Assembly (NCBI GenBank): GCA_035490435.1
Contig: DATHEF010000027.1
Span: forward strand, 20,193-84,192
DNA from: Thermoanaerobaculia bacterium
GTDB lineage: Bacteria > Acidobacteriota > Thermoanaerobaculia > Multivoradales > UBA5704
DNA: 64,000 nucleotides
Reading direction: 5' to 3'
The translations under genes were made by a program, and so were the position numbers. The first letter of the stretch is position 1, and each line of letters opens with the position of its first letter. The notes beneath the pieces were generated by a model, which did not search any database, had not been told where the DNA came from, and saw nothing but the letters and a program-made list of their open reading frames with translations. This document shows, in pieces, positions 51,137 through 61,400 of this stretch.

Positions 51137-52113
51137 TCCTTGATCGAATAGCTGTCGCGGCGGCGGAAGTTCTTGAAGGTGATCATCTCGCCGATCAGGC
51201 CGGTGGTCAGCACCTGGATACCGAGCACCATCAGCAGGATGCCGAGCTGGAGCAGCGGCCGGTTGCCGAGATGCCCGCCGCCGAACCAGAGGATGGCGAG
51301 ATAGGAGCAGATGCCGAATCCGCCCACCAGGAACAGCAGCCCGACGGCGCCGAAGAGATGGAGCGGCCGCCGCGTGTAGCGGGTGATGAAGAGCACCGTG
51401 ATCAGGTCGAGGAGCCCCTTGTAGAAGCGGTCCCAACCGTATTTGCTGATGCCGTGCCGCCGCGGGTGGTGGGTGACCTCGATCTCGCCGACCGCGAACC
51501 CCCGCCGGCTCGCCAGCACCGGGATGTAGCGGTGGAGCTCGCCATAGACCGAGATCTCCGCCAGCACCTCCCGGCGGTAGGCCTTGAAGCCGCAGTTGAA
51601 ATCGTGGAGATCGACCTGCGCCAGCGCCCGCGTCACCCAGTTGAACAGGCGCGACGGGAGGGTCTTGCTCATCGGATCGTGCCGCCGCCGCTTCCAGCCG
51701 GAGACGAGATCGAGATCCTTCTCCTCCAGAGTGGCCAGGAAGCGGGGGATCTCGTCCGGATCGTCCTGCAGGTCGCCGTCCATGGTGATGATGACGCGGC
51801 CGAGCGAGTGGTCGAAACCGGCGGAGAGGGCCGCGGCCTTGCCGAAGTTGCGCCGCAGCCGGACCAGCTTGACCCTGGGGTCGCGCGTCCGGGCCTCGCG
51901 GACCCGCTTGGGCGTGCCGTCGCCCGAGCCGTCGTCGACGAAGACGATCTCGAAGCTCTTGCCCAGCCGCTCGAGGACCGCGGCCACCCGGGCGGCCAGC
52001 TCCCCCACCGAATCCGCCTCGTCGCGCACCGGGACGATCACCGTGACGTCGAGCTCGCTCGGCTCGGGCGACGTCTCCACGGGAGGACGGATCGGGATCG
52101 GCTGGCTGGTCAT
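51124..52113 (-). CDS. GT2 polyprenyl-phosphate glycosyltransferase (ArnC/GtrB/DPM1-like)
   Basis: VTVIVPVRDEADSV, DDGSGDGT, ITMDGDLQDDP motifs and two C-terminal TM helices. Confidence 0.85.
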   Translation of the reverse strand: MTSQPIPIRPPVETSPEPSELDVTVIVPVRDEADSVGELAARVAAVLERLGKSFEIVFVDDGSGDGTPKRVREARTRDPRVKLVRLRRNFGKAAALSAGFDHSLGRVIITMDGDLQDDPDEIPRFLATLEEKDLDLVSGWKRRRHDPMSKTLPSRLFNWVTRALAQVDLHDFNCGFKAYRREVLAEISVYGELHRYIPVLASRRGFAVGEIEVTHHPRRHGISKYGWDRFYKGLLDLITVLFITRYTRRPLHLFGAVGLLFLVGGFGICSYLAILWFGGGHLGNRPLLQLGILLMVLGIQVLTTGLIGEMITFKNFRRRDSYSIKEWLE

Positions 52114-52177
52114 CGGGCCGCATTGTAACAGGCAGCCCTATGATCACCTCTATAATCTCCGCCTATAATCCCCGCCC

Positions 52178-53878
52178 ATGCAGCGCTTCGGAAGCTGGGC
52201 CGTGCTCGGCCTGCTGCTGGCGGCGACGCTGGCCGGGGCGCTGACCTTCGACCGGCGGAGCTGGCCGGGGCAGGTCGGCGACGAGGCCACGTACCTCATG
52301 CAGGCCCAGAGTCTGGCCTGGGACTTCGACCTCCGCTACTCGCGGCGGGATTACGACCGCTTCGTCGAGCAGTGGAGGACGAAACCCGACGGGCTGATCC
52401 TGCAGAGCGGCGACGGCGGCCGCACGCTTGTCTACGCCAAGCCCGCCTCCTATGCGCTCTGGATCGCTCCCTTCCTGCGCCTCTCCCCCACACGAGGCGC
52501 CGCGATCGCCAACGTTCTGCTCCTGGCTCTCGCCGCCGTCCTCGCCGCGCGTACCCTCGAGCGGCGCCTCGGCCCCGCCGCCCCGCTCTGGGTGGCGGTC
52601 TGGATCTTCGGCTCGGTCGCCTTCGCCTACGTCTTCTGGGCCCACGCCGATCTCTTCCTGATGAGCCTCGCGGCGATCGCCCTCGCCCTCGCCTATGGCG
52701 GCGTCGAGGAGTCTACCGGCCGGACGGCTCTGCGCTGGGCCGCCGCTGGCCTTCTCCTCGGCTTGGTCCTCGCCGCCCGTCCCTTCTACGGAACCCTGCT
52801 CGTGCCCGCCGCGCTGGCGGTGCCGGCATTGCGGCGGAACCTGGGGATCGCCGCCCTGGCGGCTGGAACGATCGTCGCCGTGCTCGGCTCCGGCCTCACC
52901 CACCTGGCCGAGACGGACTCCTGGACCCCCTACTCCGGCGAGCGCCAGAGCTTCGACGCCAAGTCCGGCTTCCCCGAGGTTGATCTCCCCCCGGGGAGCT
53001 GGCAGGAGCGGGGCGCCGGGCGCGGCAATCGCTCCTGGCTGCCGTCGGACATGGTCGGAACCCGGCTGACGGCGTGGAACGCGCTCTATTTCCTAACCGG
53101 GCGGGACGTGGGGATCCTCCCCTACTTCCTGCCGTTCCTGCTCGGGCTCGCCGCCTTCCGCCGGGGCGAGGGGCGGGGCGCGCTGATCCTCGCGGCACTC
53201 GCGGCCATGGCGTGTTTCCTCCTCACCCGGCCCTTCAACTTCTACGGCGGCGGCGGCGCGATCGCCAACCGCTACTTCCTGCCGGTCTACCCCGCCTTCT
53301 GGTTCGCCGCTGGCCGGCCCGCCCGCGCCTGGTGGGGGCTGCTGGCGGCGGCGCTCGCCGCGCCCTTCCTGCTCGCCCTCTGGCGCGAGCCGCGCGCCTT
53401 CCTCCTCGACGAGAGCAACGGCTACCGCTACGTCACCAGCGCCGCCCGTCGCCTGCTCCCCTTCGAGACCACCCAGTCGCACCTGAAGCCCTCCGGCGGC
53501 GAGGACCTCACCCACAACGGCCTCTGGATCAAGCCGCTCTCGACCAGCCTCCGTCCCGAGGCGAACGGCGCGCTCCTCCGGCTCGGCCCCGCCGGCAGCG
53601 GCGAGCTCCTGGTCGGCAGCTCCCACCCCCTCCCCGGCCTGCGGATGATCGTCGATCCTCCAGCGCCGCCGAGGATCGCCATCTCCGGCGCCGAGGTGAG
53701 CGCCAGCCGCCTCCGGCCACGCGGCGGCTCCGTCCTCCTGCTCCGGCTCCAGGGCCCCCGCGCCGTCCACCGGATGTGGTGGAGCGAGGACGAGAATCCG
53801 GTCTACCTCTACCAGCTCCGCCTGGACGCGCCGGCGGGCTTCGCCTTCCAGCTCCAGCCATTGGCCCGGACCCCCTGA
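52178..53878 (+). CDS. Polytopic membrane glycosyltransferase, GT39/GT83 (ArnT/PMT)-like
   Basis: ~11 N-terminal TM helices with an early periplasmic loop (GQVGDEATYLMQAQSLAWDFD), typical of lipid-linked-sugar-utilising GT-C enzymes. Divergent from the ArnC-like gene. Confidence 0.55.
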   Translation: MQRFGSWAVLGLLLAATLAGALTFDRRSWPGQVGDEATYLMQAQSLAWDFDLRYSRRDYDRFVEQWRTKPDGLILQSGDGGRTLVYAKPASYALWIAPFLRLSPTRGAAIANVLLLALAAVLAARTLERRLGPAAPLWVAVWIFGSVAFAYVFWAHADLFLMSLAAIALALAYGGVEESTGRTALRWAAAGLLLGLVLAARPFYGTLLVPAALAVPALRRNLGIAALAAGTIVAVLGSGLTHLAETDSWTPYSGERQSFDAKSGFPEVDLPPGSWQERGAGRGNRSWLPSDMVGTRLTAWNALYFLTGRDVGILPYFLPFLLGLAAFRRGEGRGALILAALAAMACFLLTRPFNFYGGGGAIANRYFLPVYPAFWFAAGRPARAWWGLLAAALAAPFLLALWREPRAFLLDESNGYRYVTSAARRLLPFETTQSHLKPSGGEDLTHNGLWIKPLSTSLRPEANGALLRLGPAGSGELLVGSSHPLPGLRMIVDPPAPPRIAISGAEVSASRLRPRGGSVLLLRLQGPRAVHRMWWSEDENPVYLYQLRLDAPAGFAFQLQPLARTP

Positions 53879-53881
53879 CCC

Positions 53882-54925
53882 ATGCGCAAGAAACTGGCCC
53901 TCTCCGCCGTCTCGATCCTGATCACGCTCCTCCTCGCCGAGGGCGCCATGCGCCTGCTCGGCGTCGGCGCGATGGGCCGCGGGTCTTCCTGGTTCGCCGG
54001 CGGCAATCACCCGCGCTTTCTCTTTCAGTCCGACCCGGTAAGCGTCTACACACTCCGCCCCGGGTTCCACGGTAGAGAGGTCGCGCTCGGCGGGGAGTTC
54101 GACGTGCCGGTCGCCATTGATGGGCAGGGATTGCGCGTCCAGCCGCACACCGCTCCGCCCTACCCCAGCGTGCTGACCGTCGGCGACTCGATGACTTTCG
54201 GCGAAGGGGTGACGGACGCTCAGACCTACTCGGCGGTGCTCGAGCGGACGCTCGGGGTACGCGTCAACAACGCCGGCGTGCCGGGCTACAGCAGCGCGCA
54301 GATGCTCGGCCACCTGCGCCGCTACCTGCCCGCTCTCCGCCCCGAGGTGGTGGTGATGACCCTCTCCCCGCTCTGGGACCGGCAGCGCTGCGCCTCCCCC
54401 TTCGTCTACAAGGAGGGGTACATCGTGGGCCGGGGGTATGCCGACCGCCTCGTCCTGCTGGACGGCAATCTCTATCTGCGGGAGACCCGCCTCCCCGTCC
54501 TCGGCACCGCGACCGCCTACGCCGAGCGCTACTCGAACCTGATGCGGCTGGCGATCCCCGCCCTGGCGGGAGCCGCTCGCGGCGTGGTCCGGTCCCGGCA
54601 GAAGGAGACCCCGGACCTCGCGGACTTCGAACCCACCGTCCGCAATCTCCAGGCGGCCCGGCAGCTCGCCAACCGCTCCGGCGCCCGCTTCCTGGCGGTG
54701 CTGATCGACGATCGGGGAGAAGAATTCCGCCGCGACCGCCAGCTCCTCGAAAAACGCCTCAGGGAGCTCGGCATCCCCTGGGTGGCCGCCGACGACCTCC
54801 TCCCCGGCGCGCGCTGGCCGCGCCTGCGCTACCCGCGCGACACCCACTGGAACGCCGCCGGCCACGAAGCGGTGGGAAAAGCGCTGGCGCCGCGGATCAG
54901 GCCGCTCCTCGTTCCTAGCGGTTGA
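53882..54925 (+). CDS. SGNH/GDSL-family hydrolase (signal-anchored)
   Basis: Block I TVGDSMTFGEGV, a candidate block III (VNNAGVPGYSS), and a C-terminal DTHWN catalytic His. Confidence 0.65.
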   Translation: MRKKLALSAVSILITLLLAEGAMRLLGVGAMGRGSSWFAGGNHPRFLFQSDPVSVYTLRPGFHGREVALGGEFDVPVAIDGQGLRVQPHTAPPYPSVLTVGDSMTFGEGVTDAQTYSAVLERTLGVRVNNAGVPGYSSAQMLGHLRRYLPALRPEVVVMTLSPLWDRQRCASPFVYKEGYIVGRGYADRLVLLDGNLYLRETRLPVLGTATAYAERYSNLMRLAIPALAGAARGVVRSRQKETPDLADFEPTVRNLQAARQLANRSGARFLAVLIDDRGEEFRRDRQLLEKRLRELGIPWVAADDLLPGARWPRLRYPRDTHWNAAGHEAVGKALAPRIRPLLVPSG

Positions 54926-56288
54926 AAGGGTACTCGTTGATCCAGTGGAAACCCCGGGTCATCAGCCGGAACTTGGGAATGTCGGCCCGGTTCAGCACCG
55001 CCCGGACCTTCTTGCCGTCGAACGTCCCTTCCAGCAGGAGGCGCCCTTGCTCGGGTCGCTGGTACGTGAGGGTCGATTTCCAGGCCGGATCATCACGCCG
55101 GGTCAGGGCGAACGTCCGTTTGGCGGCGTCCAGCCTCAGAGAGTAGCGTTCGCGGGAGTCGCTCATCTGTTGAATCGCGACACTCCGGGGGTAGTCGAAG
55201 ACCCACCGGCGCCACCGGGCTCCGTCCGTCGTCAGCGGCGGCCGGGCCTGCCCGTCGTCGACGAGCTCGTCGACGTTCCAGATGCCGTAGAACGGCGATT
55301 TTCTCGCCGGGTCCCCATAGGTCTTGTAACCGTCGTACGTCGTGTCGACGATCAGGGCGGCGAAGCCCACGACGAAGAGCGTGCGGAAGACCAGCGCGCC
55401 GCGGTGGAGCCCTCTTCTCGCGAACAGAGGGCGATCTTCGGCGGGCTCCACCGGACGGTTGAGCACGAACAGGTTGGCGAGCCGCCGCAGGTCGGGAAGG
55501 ATCAGGAAAAGCGCCATCGCCAGCAGGTGGAACGAAAAGATTTTCACCGGCACGTCGTAGCTGAAGTTGAGAAGGACCACGTTGGCCATCGCCCCCGCGC
55601 TCACCAGCGCTCCCAGCAGCAGGGTGCGGCGCATGGTGAGGAGCAGCCCGCCGAGCGTCTCGGTCACCCCGGCAAACAGGGTGTAGCTCGTGGAGGCGCC
55701 CATGAACGTCCAGAGGAGCCCCATCGGTGAGGCATCGCCGAAGGGCTGCAGCAGGCGGTCGAGCGAGGGCGGGCCGAACTGGCCGCCCGGAACGATCTTC
55801 AGCAGGCCGTACAGGATCATCACCATGGCGAGCCCGAAACGGACGTAGATCCTGAGCCATTCATACAGCCGCGCGTAGTTGGCCCGCCGCCGGTCGAGGA
55901 GCGTCCAGACCAACGCCGCCATGACGGCGACGATCGCGAAGCAGAGGATCTCGAGATAGTTGTACGTCGTGTCTCCGCTGCCATTGGTGAAGACGGTGAT
56001 GTTCTGTTGGAAAGCCTGCCTGCCGACCCAGGGCACGACCGCTTGCCAGAAGTCCCCGTACCCCTTGACGATGCTGTCGCTATAAGGGACGTAGCTCAGA
56101 AACTCCAGATAGGACGGCACCAGGTAGAGCAGGAGGTAGGAGAAACCAAAGCGAAAGAGGAGCCGCTTCGCGGGGCTCCACTCGGGAGCGGCAGCCCGCG
56201 CCGGCTCCGTGCTCTCCCCCGCCGGCGGGGATTCCAGCAGCCCATCCGGCAGTCCCTTCGTAACCATCGATCGGTCTAATACGGCCAT
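54915..56288 (-). CDS. Membrane protein with C-terminal soluble domain (HTTM/DoxX-like?)
   Basis: N-terminal ~300 aa polytopic (LLFRFGFSYLLLYLVPSYLEFL...), C-terminal ~150 aa hydrophilic. No catalytic motif recognised. Confidence 0.4.
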   Translation of the reverse strand: MAVLDRSMVTKGLPDGLLESPPAGESTEPARAAAPEWSPAKRLLFRFGFSYLLLYLVPSYLEFLSYVPYSDSIVKGYGDFWQAVVPWVGRQAFQQNITVFTNGSGDTTYNYLEILCFAIVAVMAALVWTLLDRRRANYARLYEWLRIYVRFGLAMVMILYGLLKIVPGGQFGPPSLDRLLQPFGDASPMGLLWTFMGASTSYTLFAGVTETLGGLLLTMRRTLLLGALVSAGAMANVVLLNFSYDVPVKIFSFHLLAMALFLILPDLRRLANLFVLNRPVEPAEDRPLFARRGLHRGALVFRTLFVVGFAALIVDTTYDGYKTYGDPARKSPFYGIWNVDELVDDGQARPPLTTDGARWRRWVFDYPRSVAIQQMSDSRERYSLRLDAAKRTFALTRRDDPAWKSTLTYQRPEQGRLLLEGTFDGKKVRAVLNRADIPKFRLMTRGFHWINEYPFNR

Positions 56289-56341
56289 AACGCCCCCCCC
56301 GGGTTTTTTCCGCTTCCTTCATCGATGAGGGATATTTTTTT

Positions 56342-57115
56342 CTATTGTAGCGTCCGGCGGACGAACGCCGCCATCTCCTCGAGGGTCCGCGCCGGACGCT
56401 CCCGGTGCGGCGAATGCCCGCAACCGGCGAGAGCGATCGCCTCGACGGGCCCGCCGGACTGCCGCTGGATCGCCTCGACCTGCCGCCAGGTGCCGTACTC
56501 GTCGTCCTCCCCCTGAAGAATCAGGATCGGCGCTTGGATCGACGGCAGATACTCCTCGATGTTCCAGGCGCGGAACTCCGGATCGAGCCAGACGTCGTTC
56601 CACCCCCGGAACGCGACGTCCACATTGGCGCCGTGGTGGCGCGCCAGACGCTGCCGCAGGTCCGTGGTGCGGTAGACCTCCGTCATTTTCGCGATGCTCG
56701 CGAGGCCGTGCGGCTCGGTGAAGACGTGCGGCGCTTCCAGGATGAGCCCACGCAGCCCGGCGGGCTTCCCTCCTGAATAGATCAAGGCAATCGAGGCGCC
56801 GTCGCTGTGCCCGATCAGGATGCTGTCGCGGACGCCGGCCCGCACGAGGACTTTCGAAAGAGTTTCCGCCTCGTCGTGCATGAAGCGGACCGGCCGCGGC
56901 AGCGCGACCGGAGCGGATTTCCCATATCCCGCGCGGGAGTAGACCAGCGCGCCGCAGCCGGTCTCCCCCGCCAGCCGGTCGGGAAAATCTTTCCAGAGGG
57001 ACGTTGAGCCGAGACCCTCGTGCAGGAACACGAGGGTCGGCGCGCTCTCCGGCGGCGGACCGATCCGCCGGGCCTCGAGGCGGATACCATCCACGTCGAG
57101 AAAGCCCGGCTCCAT
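56342..57115 (-). CDS. Alpha/beta-fold hydrolase
   Basis: LVFLHEGLGS and the nucleophile elbow GHSDGA. Confidence 0.8.
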   Translation of the reverse strand: MEPGFLDVDGIRLEARRIGPPPESAPTLVFLHEGLGSTSLWKDFPDRLAGETGCGALVYSRAGYGKSAPVALPRPVRFMHDEAETLSKVLVRAGVRDSILIGHSDGASIALIYSGGKPAGLRGLILEAPHVFTEPHGLASIAKMTEVYRTTDLRQRLARHHGANVDVAFRGWNDVWLDPEFRAWNIEEYLPSIQAPILILQGEDDEYGTWRQVEAIQRQSGGPVEAIALAGCGHSPHRERPARTLEEMAAFVRRTLQ

Positions 57116-57142
57116 CGATCTCCCGCCGTCCGCCGGTAGGGC

Positions 57143-57268
57143 CTACTTGTACGCCTCGACGTGGACGTTGGCGGCCTCGGGAGTCAAGGAAAGCGGCCGG
57201 TCGACGGCGTGCGCCACGCCGGCCGTACAAAGAGCAAGAAAAAGACTATGAAGGACAGTCCTGGGCAT
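57143..57268 (-). CDS. Possible small secreted peptide (41 aa), not in the six-frame list
   Basis: ATG at 57268, TAG at 57143. MPRTVLHSLFLALCTAGVAHA|VDRPLSLTPEAANVHVEAYK has a signal-peptide-like N-terminus with an AHA cleavage motif. Same strand as, and just upstream of, the hydrolase. Confidence 0.25.
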   Translation of the reverse strand: MPRTVLHSLFLALCTAGVAHAVDRPLSLTPEAANVHVEAYK

Positions 57269-57351
57269 GCGGTCTCCCTGGAACAAATGGCTAGATGGGC
57301 CCTCAGATGCTACAGGGAGCGGGAGGAGGTGTCCAGGCGCTAGACTGAGCC

Positions 57352-58455
57352 ATGCTCTCCCCCGCCGTCGACCGGGCCCGCGCCCTGGTCCTGCGCCATG
57401 GCTGGAACGCCATGGCCTACCAGATCCTCAACCCCGGCATGCGGCTCTGGTTCTCCTCCAACGGCGAGGGCGTGGCGGGCTATGTCTGCGCCAACAACTA
57501 CCGCGTCGTCGCCGGAGCCCCGATCTGCCCGCCGGAGCGGCTCGCCGAGACCGCGGCCGAGCTCGCGGCCGATACGCGCCGTGCCGGGCAGCGGCTCTGC
57601 TACTTCGGCGCTCAGGACCGTCTCCACCACCTCATGGCCGAGCGCGGTCCGGCCTCGGCGCTGCTCCTCGGCGCCCAGCCGGTCTGGGATCCCCGGCGCT
57701 GGCATTCGATCCTCGACGGCAAGGCCTCCCTGCGCGCGCAACTGGCCCGGGCGCGCAACAAGGGGGTGACCGTTCAGCCGGGGCCAGCCGCCGACCGCCC
57801 CGCGCTGCAGCGCTGCCTCACCGAATGGCTGCGGACGCGCGGGCTGCCGCCGATGCACTTTCTCGTCGAGTGGAACCTCCTCCCCCGCCTCCTCGACCGG
57901 CGCCTGTTCGTGGCCGAACGCGCCGGGCAGACCCTCGGCTTCCTGATCGCCTCCCCCGTCCCCCGCCGCGACGGCTGGCTGATCGAACAGATCATCCGTG
58001 GCCGGGCGGCGCCGAACGGAACCACCGAATTGCTGCTCGACACGGCGATCCGCGCGCTCGCGGCGGAGGGAGCTGGCTACGTCACCCTGGGCCTGTCTCC
58101 CCTCTCACGGGCCGTGCCGCGATATCCGATCCCGCAATATCCGGTCCCGCCCTGGCCGGTCCGCCTGCTGCTCGCGTGGGTGCGCGTCCACGGCCGGCGC
58201 TTTTACAACTTCGAAGGATTGGAAATTTTCAAGCGGAAGTTTCAACCCGAGGATTGGGAGCCGATCTACGCGATCACGGACCGGCGGCGGATCTCCCTGC
58301 GCACCCTCTACGCGATCGCCGGCGCCTTCGGCGGCGCGTCGCCGGTCTGGTTCATCGGGCGAGCGCTGCTCCGCTCGCTGGCGCAGGAGGCGCGCTGGGC
58401 CGCCGGCCGGAAAAGAAAACGCCCCACCCCCGGACCGCGGGATGGGGCGTCGTGA
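57352..58455 (+). CDS. DUF2156 protein (standalone MprF C-terminal aminoacyl-phosphatidylglycerol synthase-like domain)
   Basis: Resembles the cytosolic aa-tRNA-dependent transferase domain of lysyl-PG synthase (GNAT-like tandem fold) and lacks the flippase TM domain. Confidence 0.55.
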   Translation: MLSPAVDRARALVLRHGWNAMAYQILNPGMRLWFSSNGEGVAGYVCANNYRVVAGAPICPPERLAETAAELAADTRRAGQRLCYFGAQDRLHHLMAERGPASALLLGAQPVWDPRRWHSILDGKASLRAQLARARNKGVTVQPGPAADRPALQRCLTEWLRTRGLPPMHFLVEWNLLPRLLDRRLFVAERAGQTLGFLIASPVPRRDGWLIEQIIRGRAAPNGTTELLLDTAIRALAAEGAGYVTLGLSPLSRAVPRYPIPQYPVPPWPVRLLLAWVRVHGRRFYNFEGLEIFKRKFQPEDWEPIYAITDRRRISLRTLYAIAGAFGGASPVWFIGRALLRSLAQEARWAAGRKRKRPTPGPRDGAS

Positions 58456-58479
58456 TCGCCCAGGGTGCCTTGCTCTAGC

Positions 58480-61400
58480 TCAGATCGCCGTCTTGCGGCG
58501 GCGGAGCGTGCTCCAGGCGGCGAGCAGCAGGAAGAACCCGAGCGCCATCAGGCCCATCTCGGACAGCGTCGGAATCGGCGGGATGACCCCGCCGGCCACG
58601 ACGACGAACGTGGTCGGGTCGGCGGCGCCGGCGGCTGCCGGGCTGTCGGTCTGGACCGTCGTCTCGTTGCTGCCGTCGAGGTCGGCGTCATAAGAGACGC
58701 TCCCCTGGTTGCTGATCGTGGTGCCGGCGGCGGTGCCGGCGTTGATGGTGGCGGTGATGGTGATCGTCACGCTGCCGGCCGCCGGGATGCTGCCGTTCCA
58801 GTTGACGGTGCTGGCCACGGTCGTCGCCGTGCCGCTGGTGGCGTTGGCGCTGACCAGGGTCAGGCCGGCGGGCAGGGTGTCGGTGAACTCGTTGCCGGCG
58901 TTGTCGGGCGATGCCGAGCTACCGGTGTTCGAGATCACGATCGTATAGGTCACCGTGCTGCCGGCCACGAAGGTGCCGCTCACGGTCTTGGTCGCCGAGA
59001 GGGTCGCGCCGCCGACCGTGAACGTGGTCGGATCATTGGCCCCACCCACCGACGGATCGTCGCTGGTTCCCGACGACTCGTTGGTGCCGTTGAGATCGGC
59101 GTCGAAGGCGATCGACGCCTGGTTGGAGACCGTGGTGCCGGGGGCGGTGCCGGCATTGACCGTGGCGGTGATGGTGATCGTCACGCTGCCGGCCGCCGGG
59201 ATGCTGCCGTTCCAGTTGACGGTGCTGGCCACGGTCGTCGCCGTGCCGCTGGTGGCGTTGGCGCTGACCAGGGTCAGGCCGGCGGGCAGGGTGTCGGTGA
59301 GCTCGTTGCCGGCGTTGTCGGGCGAGGCCGAGCTGCCGGTGTTCGAGATCACGATCGTGTAGGTCACCGTGCTGCCGGCCACGAAGGTGCCGCTCACCGT
59401 CTTGGTCGCCGAGATCGCCGCGCTGCCGACCACGAAGATGGTCGGATCGCTCGCGCCGCCGGCGCTGGGGTCGTCGGTGGAGTTGCTGGCCTCGTTCGTG
59501 CCGTCGTTGTTGGCGTCGTACGAAACGGTGCCCTGGTTGCTGATCGTCGTGCCTTGAGCGCCGGCGTTGACCGTCGCGGTGATGGTGATGGTGACGCTGC
59601 CGCCGAGAGGCGCCAGCGAGCCGTTCCAGGTGGCCGTGTTGGCCGCGGTCGCCGCCGTGCCGCTGGTGGCGGTGGCACTGACCAGGGTCAGGCCGGCGGG
59701 CAGGACGTCGGTGAACTCGTTGCCGGCGTTGTCCGCCTGGGCGGCCGTGCCGCTGTTGGTGAGCGTCACGGTGTAGGTCACCGTGCCGCCGACCTGGAAG
59801 GTGCCGGTCACCGTCTTGGTCGCCGTCACGTTGACCGTGCCGGTAAAGCCCGCGCAGACGAAGTGGACGGGGGTGACGAACATCGACCAGGCGTTGAAGC
59901 TGCCGTTGCCGGCCGGACAGCCGCCGGCCGCCGCCGAGAACATGTCCGCGGCCAGCGCCGACCAAGTCCCCTTCGAGCTGGTGCCGTCGTAACGCGACAG
60001 GCTGCCGATGGGATCCGCCGGGCGAGTCGGATCGACGAGGACTGTCCAGGGAGAGTTGTAAACCGGCAGCCAGGACTTGGAGTACGGTGCGATGGCGGCC
60101 GTCGCCTGCACCATGTCGTTGGTCGCGATCGCCGCGACGTCGTCGTCGATCACCATGTTGGTGATGGCCGGGCCGCCGCAGTCGAAGAGACCGTCCAGCA
60201 GCGCGACGAGGTCGGTGCCGACGCCGCCGGGCGAGCGCAGCATCACCGCCATGTCGCCGGTGGCGGGGCCGGTGAGGCTGTCGACGCGGAAGTCGACGTC
60301 GGCGATCTCGAAGTCGTCGGTGACGTTGATCTGGTGGAAGACGCCGCGCGCCCGGTTGTCCGCGATGACGAGGTCGGGGTTCGGATCGCCCGTGTAGGTG
60401 ACGACCGGATCGGTGCCGCTGCGGGCGCCCATCCGCACGCGGAAGGTGGTCGAGCTGGTGCCGAGGCTCGACGTCGTGGTGAGGGTGAAGTCGATGGCGC
60501 TGCCGCAGACGACCGACGGGTCGACGGTGATGAGGAAGGTATCGCCGGTCGCCGTGCCCTGCGGCGCGATCGCGCCGTAGGTCGAGCTGTTGTCGAAGAT
60601 CGTCACGCCGGGCGTCGAGGTCGAGAGCGTCGCCGTGGCGCTGGCCACCGCCTTGCTCGCGGCGCGCCACGGGTTGGTCAGCTTGACCGTGAGCTTGACC
60701 GGCTCGCCGGGATCGATCGCGCCGTTGTTATTGGCGGCGCTGTCGTCGATGGTGACGTCGGTGAGCGGATCGACGACTTCGAGGAAGGGCACGAGGAACG
60801 ACTCGTGGACGGCCTCGTGGCTGCGCAGGTAGCGCCCCTGGACCGTGAACGGAGCCTGGGCGCCGTAGCCCAGCCCGCGGTCGGCGAAACCGGCCCAGAT
60901 CGACGCCTCGTTGGCGCAGGCGTTGGTGGCGCAGTCGGCATCGAAGACCGCGTCGCGGGCGTCGGTAAAGCTGGGGTTGACCGGCGTCATCTTCAGCGCG
61001 TCGGTCACCAGTTGCAGCATCGTCTGGTTACCGGTCGGCACGTCGCCGTTGGCGCCGGCGGGATCGGCGATCACCCGGCTGCGCACCTCCCACAGACTGA
61101 GCGCCCAGATCTCGCCCGAGTTGTGGACCTCCATCGCACCGCCCAGGTTGCTGCCGAGCGGGTCCGGGGGGGAGAAGCCGCCGCTGAGGTCGTTGGTGAC
61201 GTCGTCGACGTCGGCCCAGGTCAGCGGGTTGACGGTGTTGTCCGTCGCATAGGGGAACCGGCGGATGCCGTAGATGTAGTTGTCGAAATAGGCGAGGCCG
61301 CCGAACTTGTAGGTCGCGTAGGCGCCCGTCCCGTAGTGCCCGTTGGGATCGTCGGCGTTGGTGGCGTTGAGCAGGGACAGGGCATAGAAGTCGCTCCACC

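Noticed and set aside
49868-52147. 759-aa ORF treated as one gene
   Set aside because: The N-terminal ~330 aa are an out-of-frame read-through of the GT2 gene region with low-complexity R/P/G composition. The real GT4 starts at Met MAGVRGE (51136). GT2 is the separate ORF 51124-52113.
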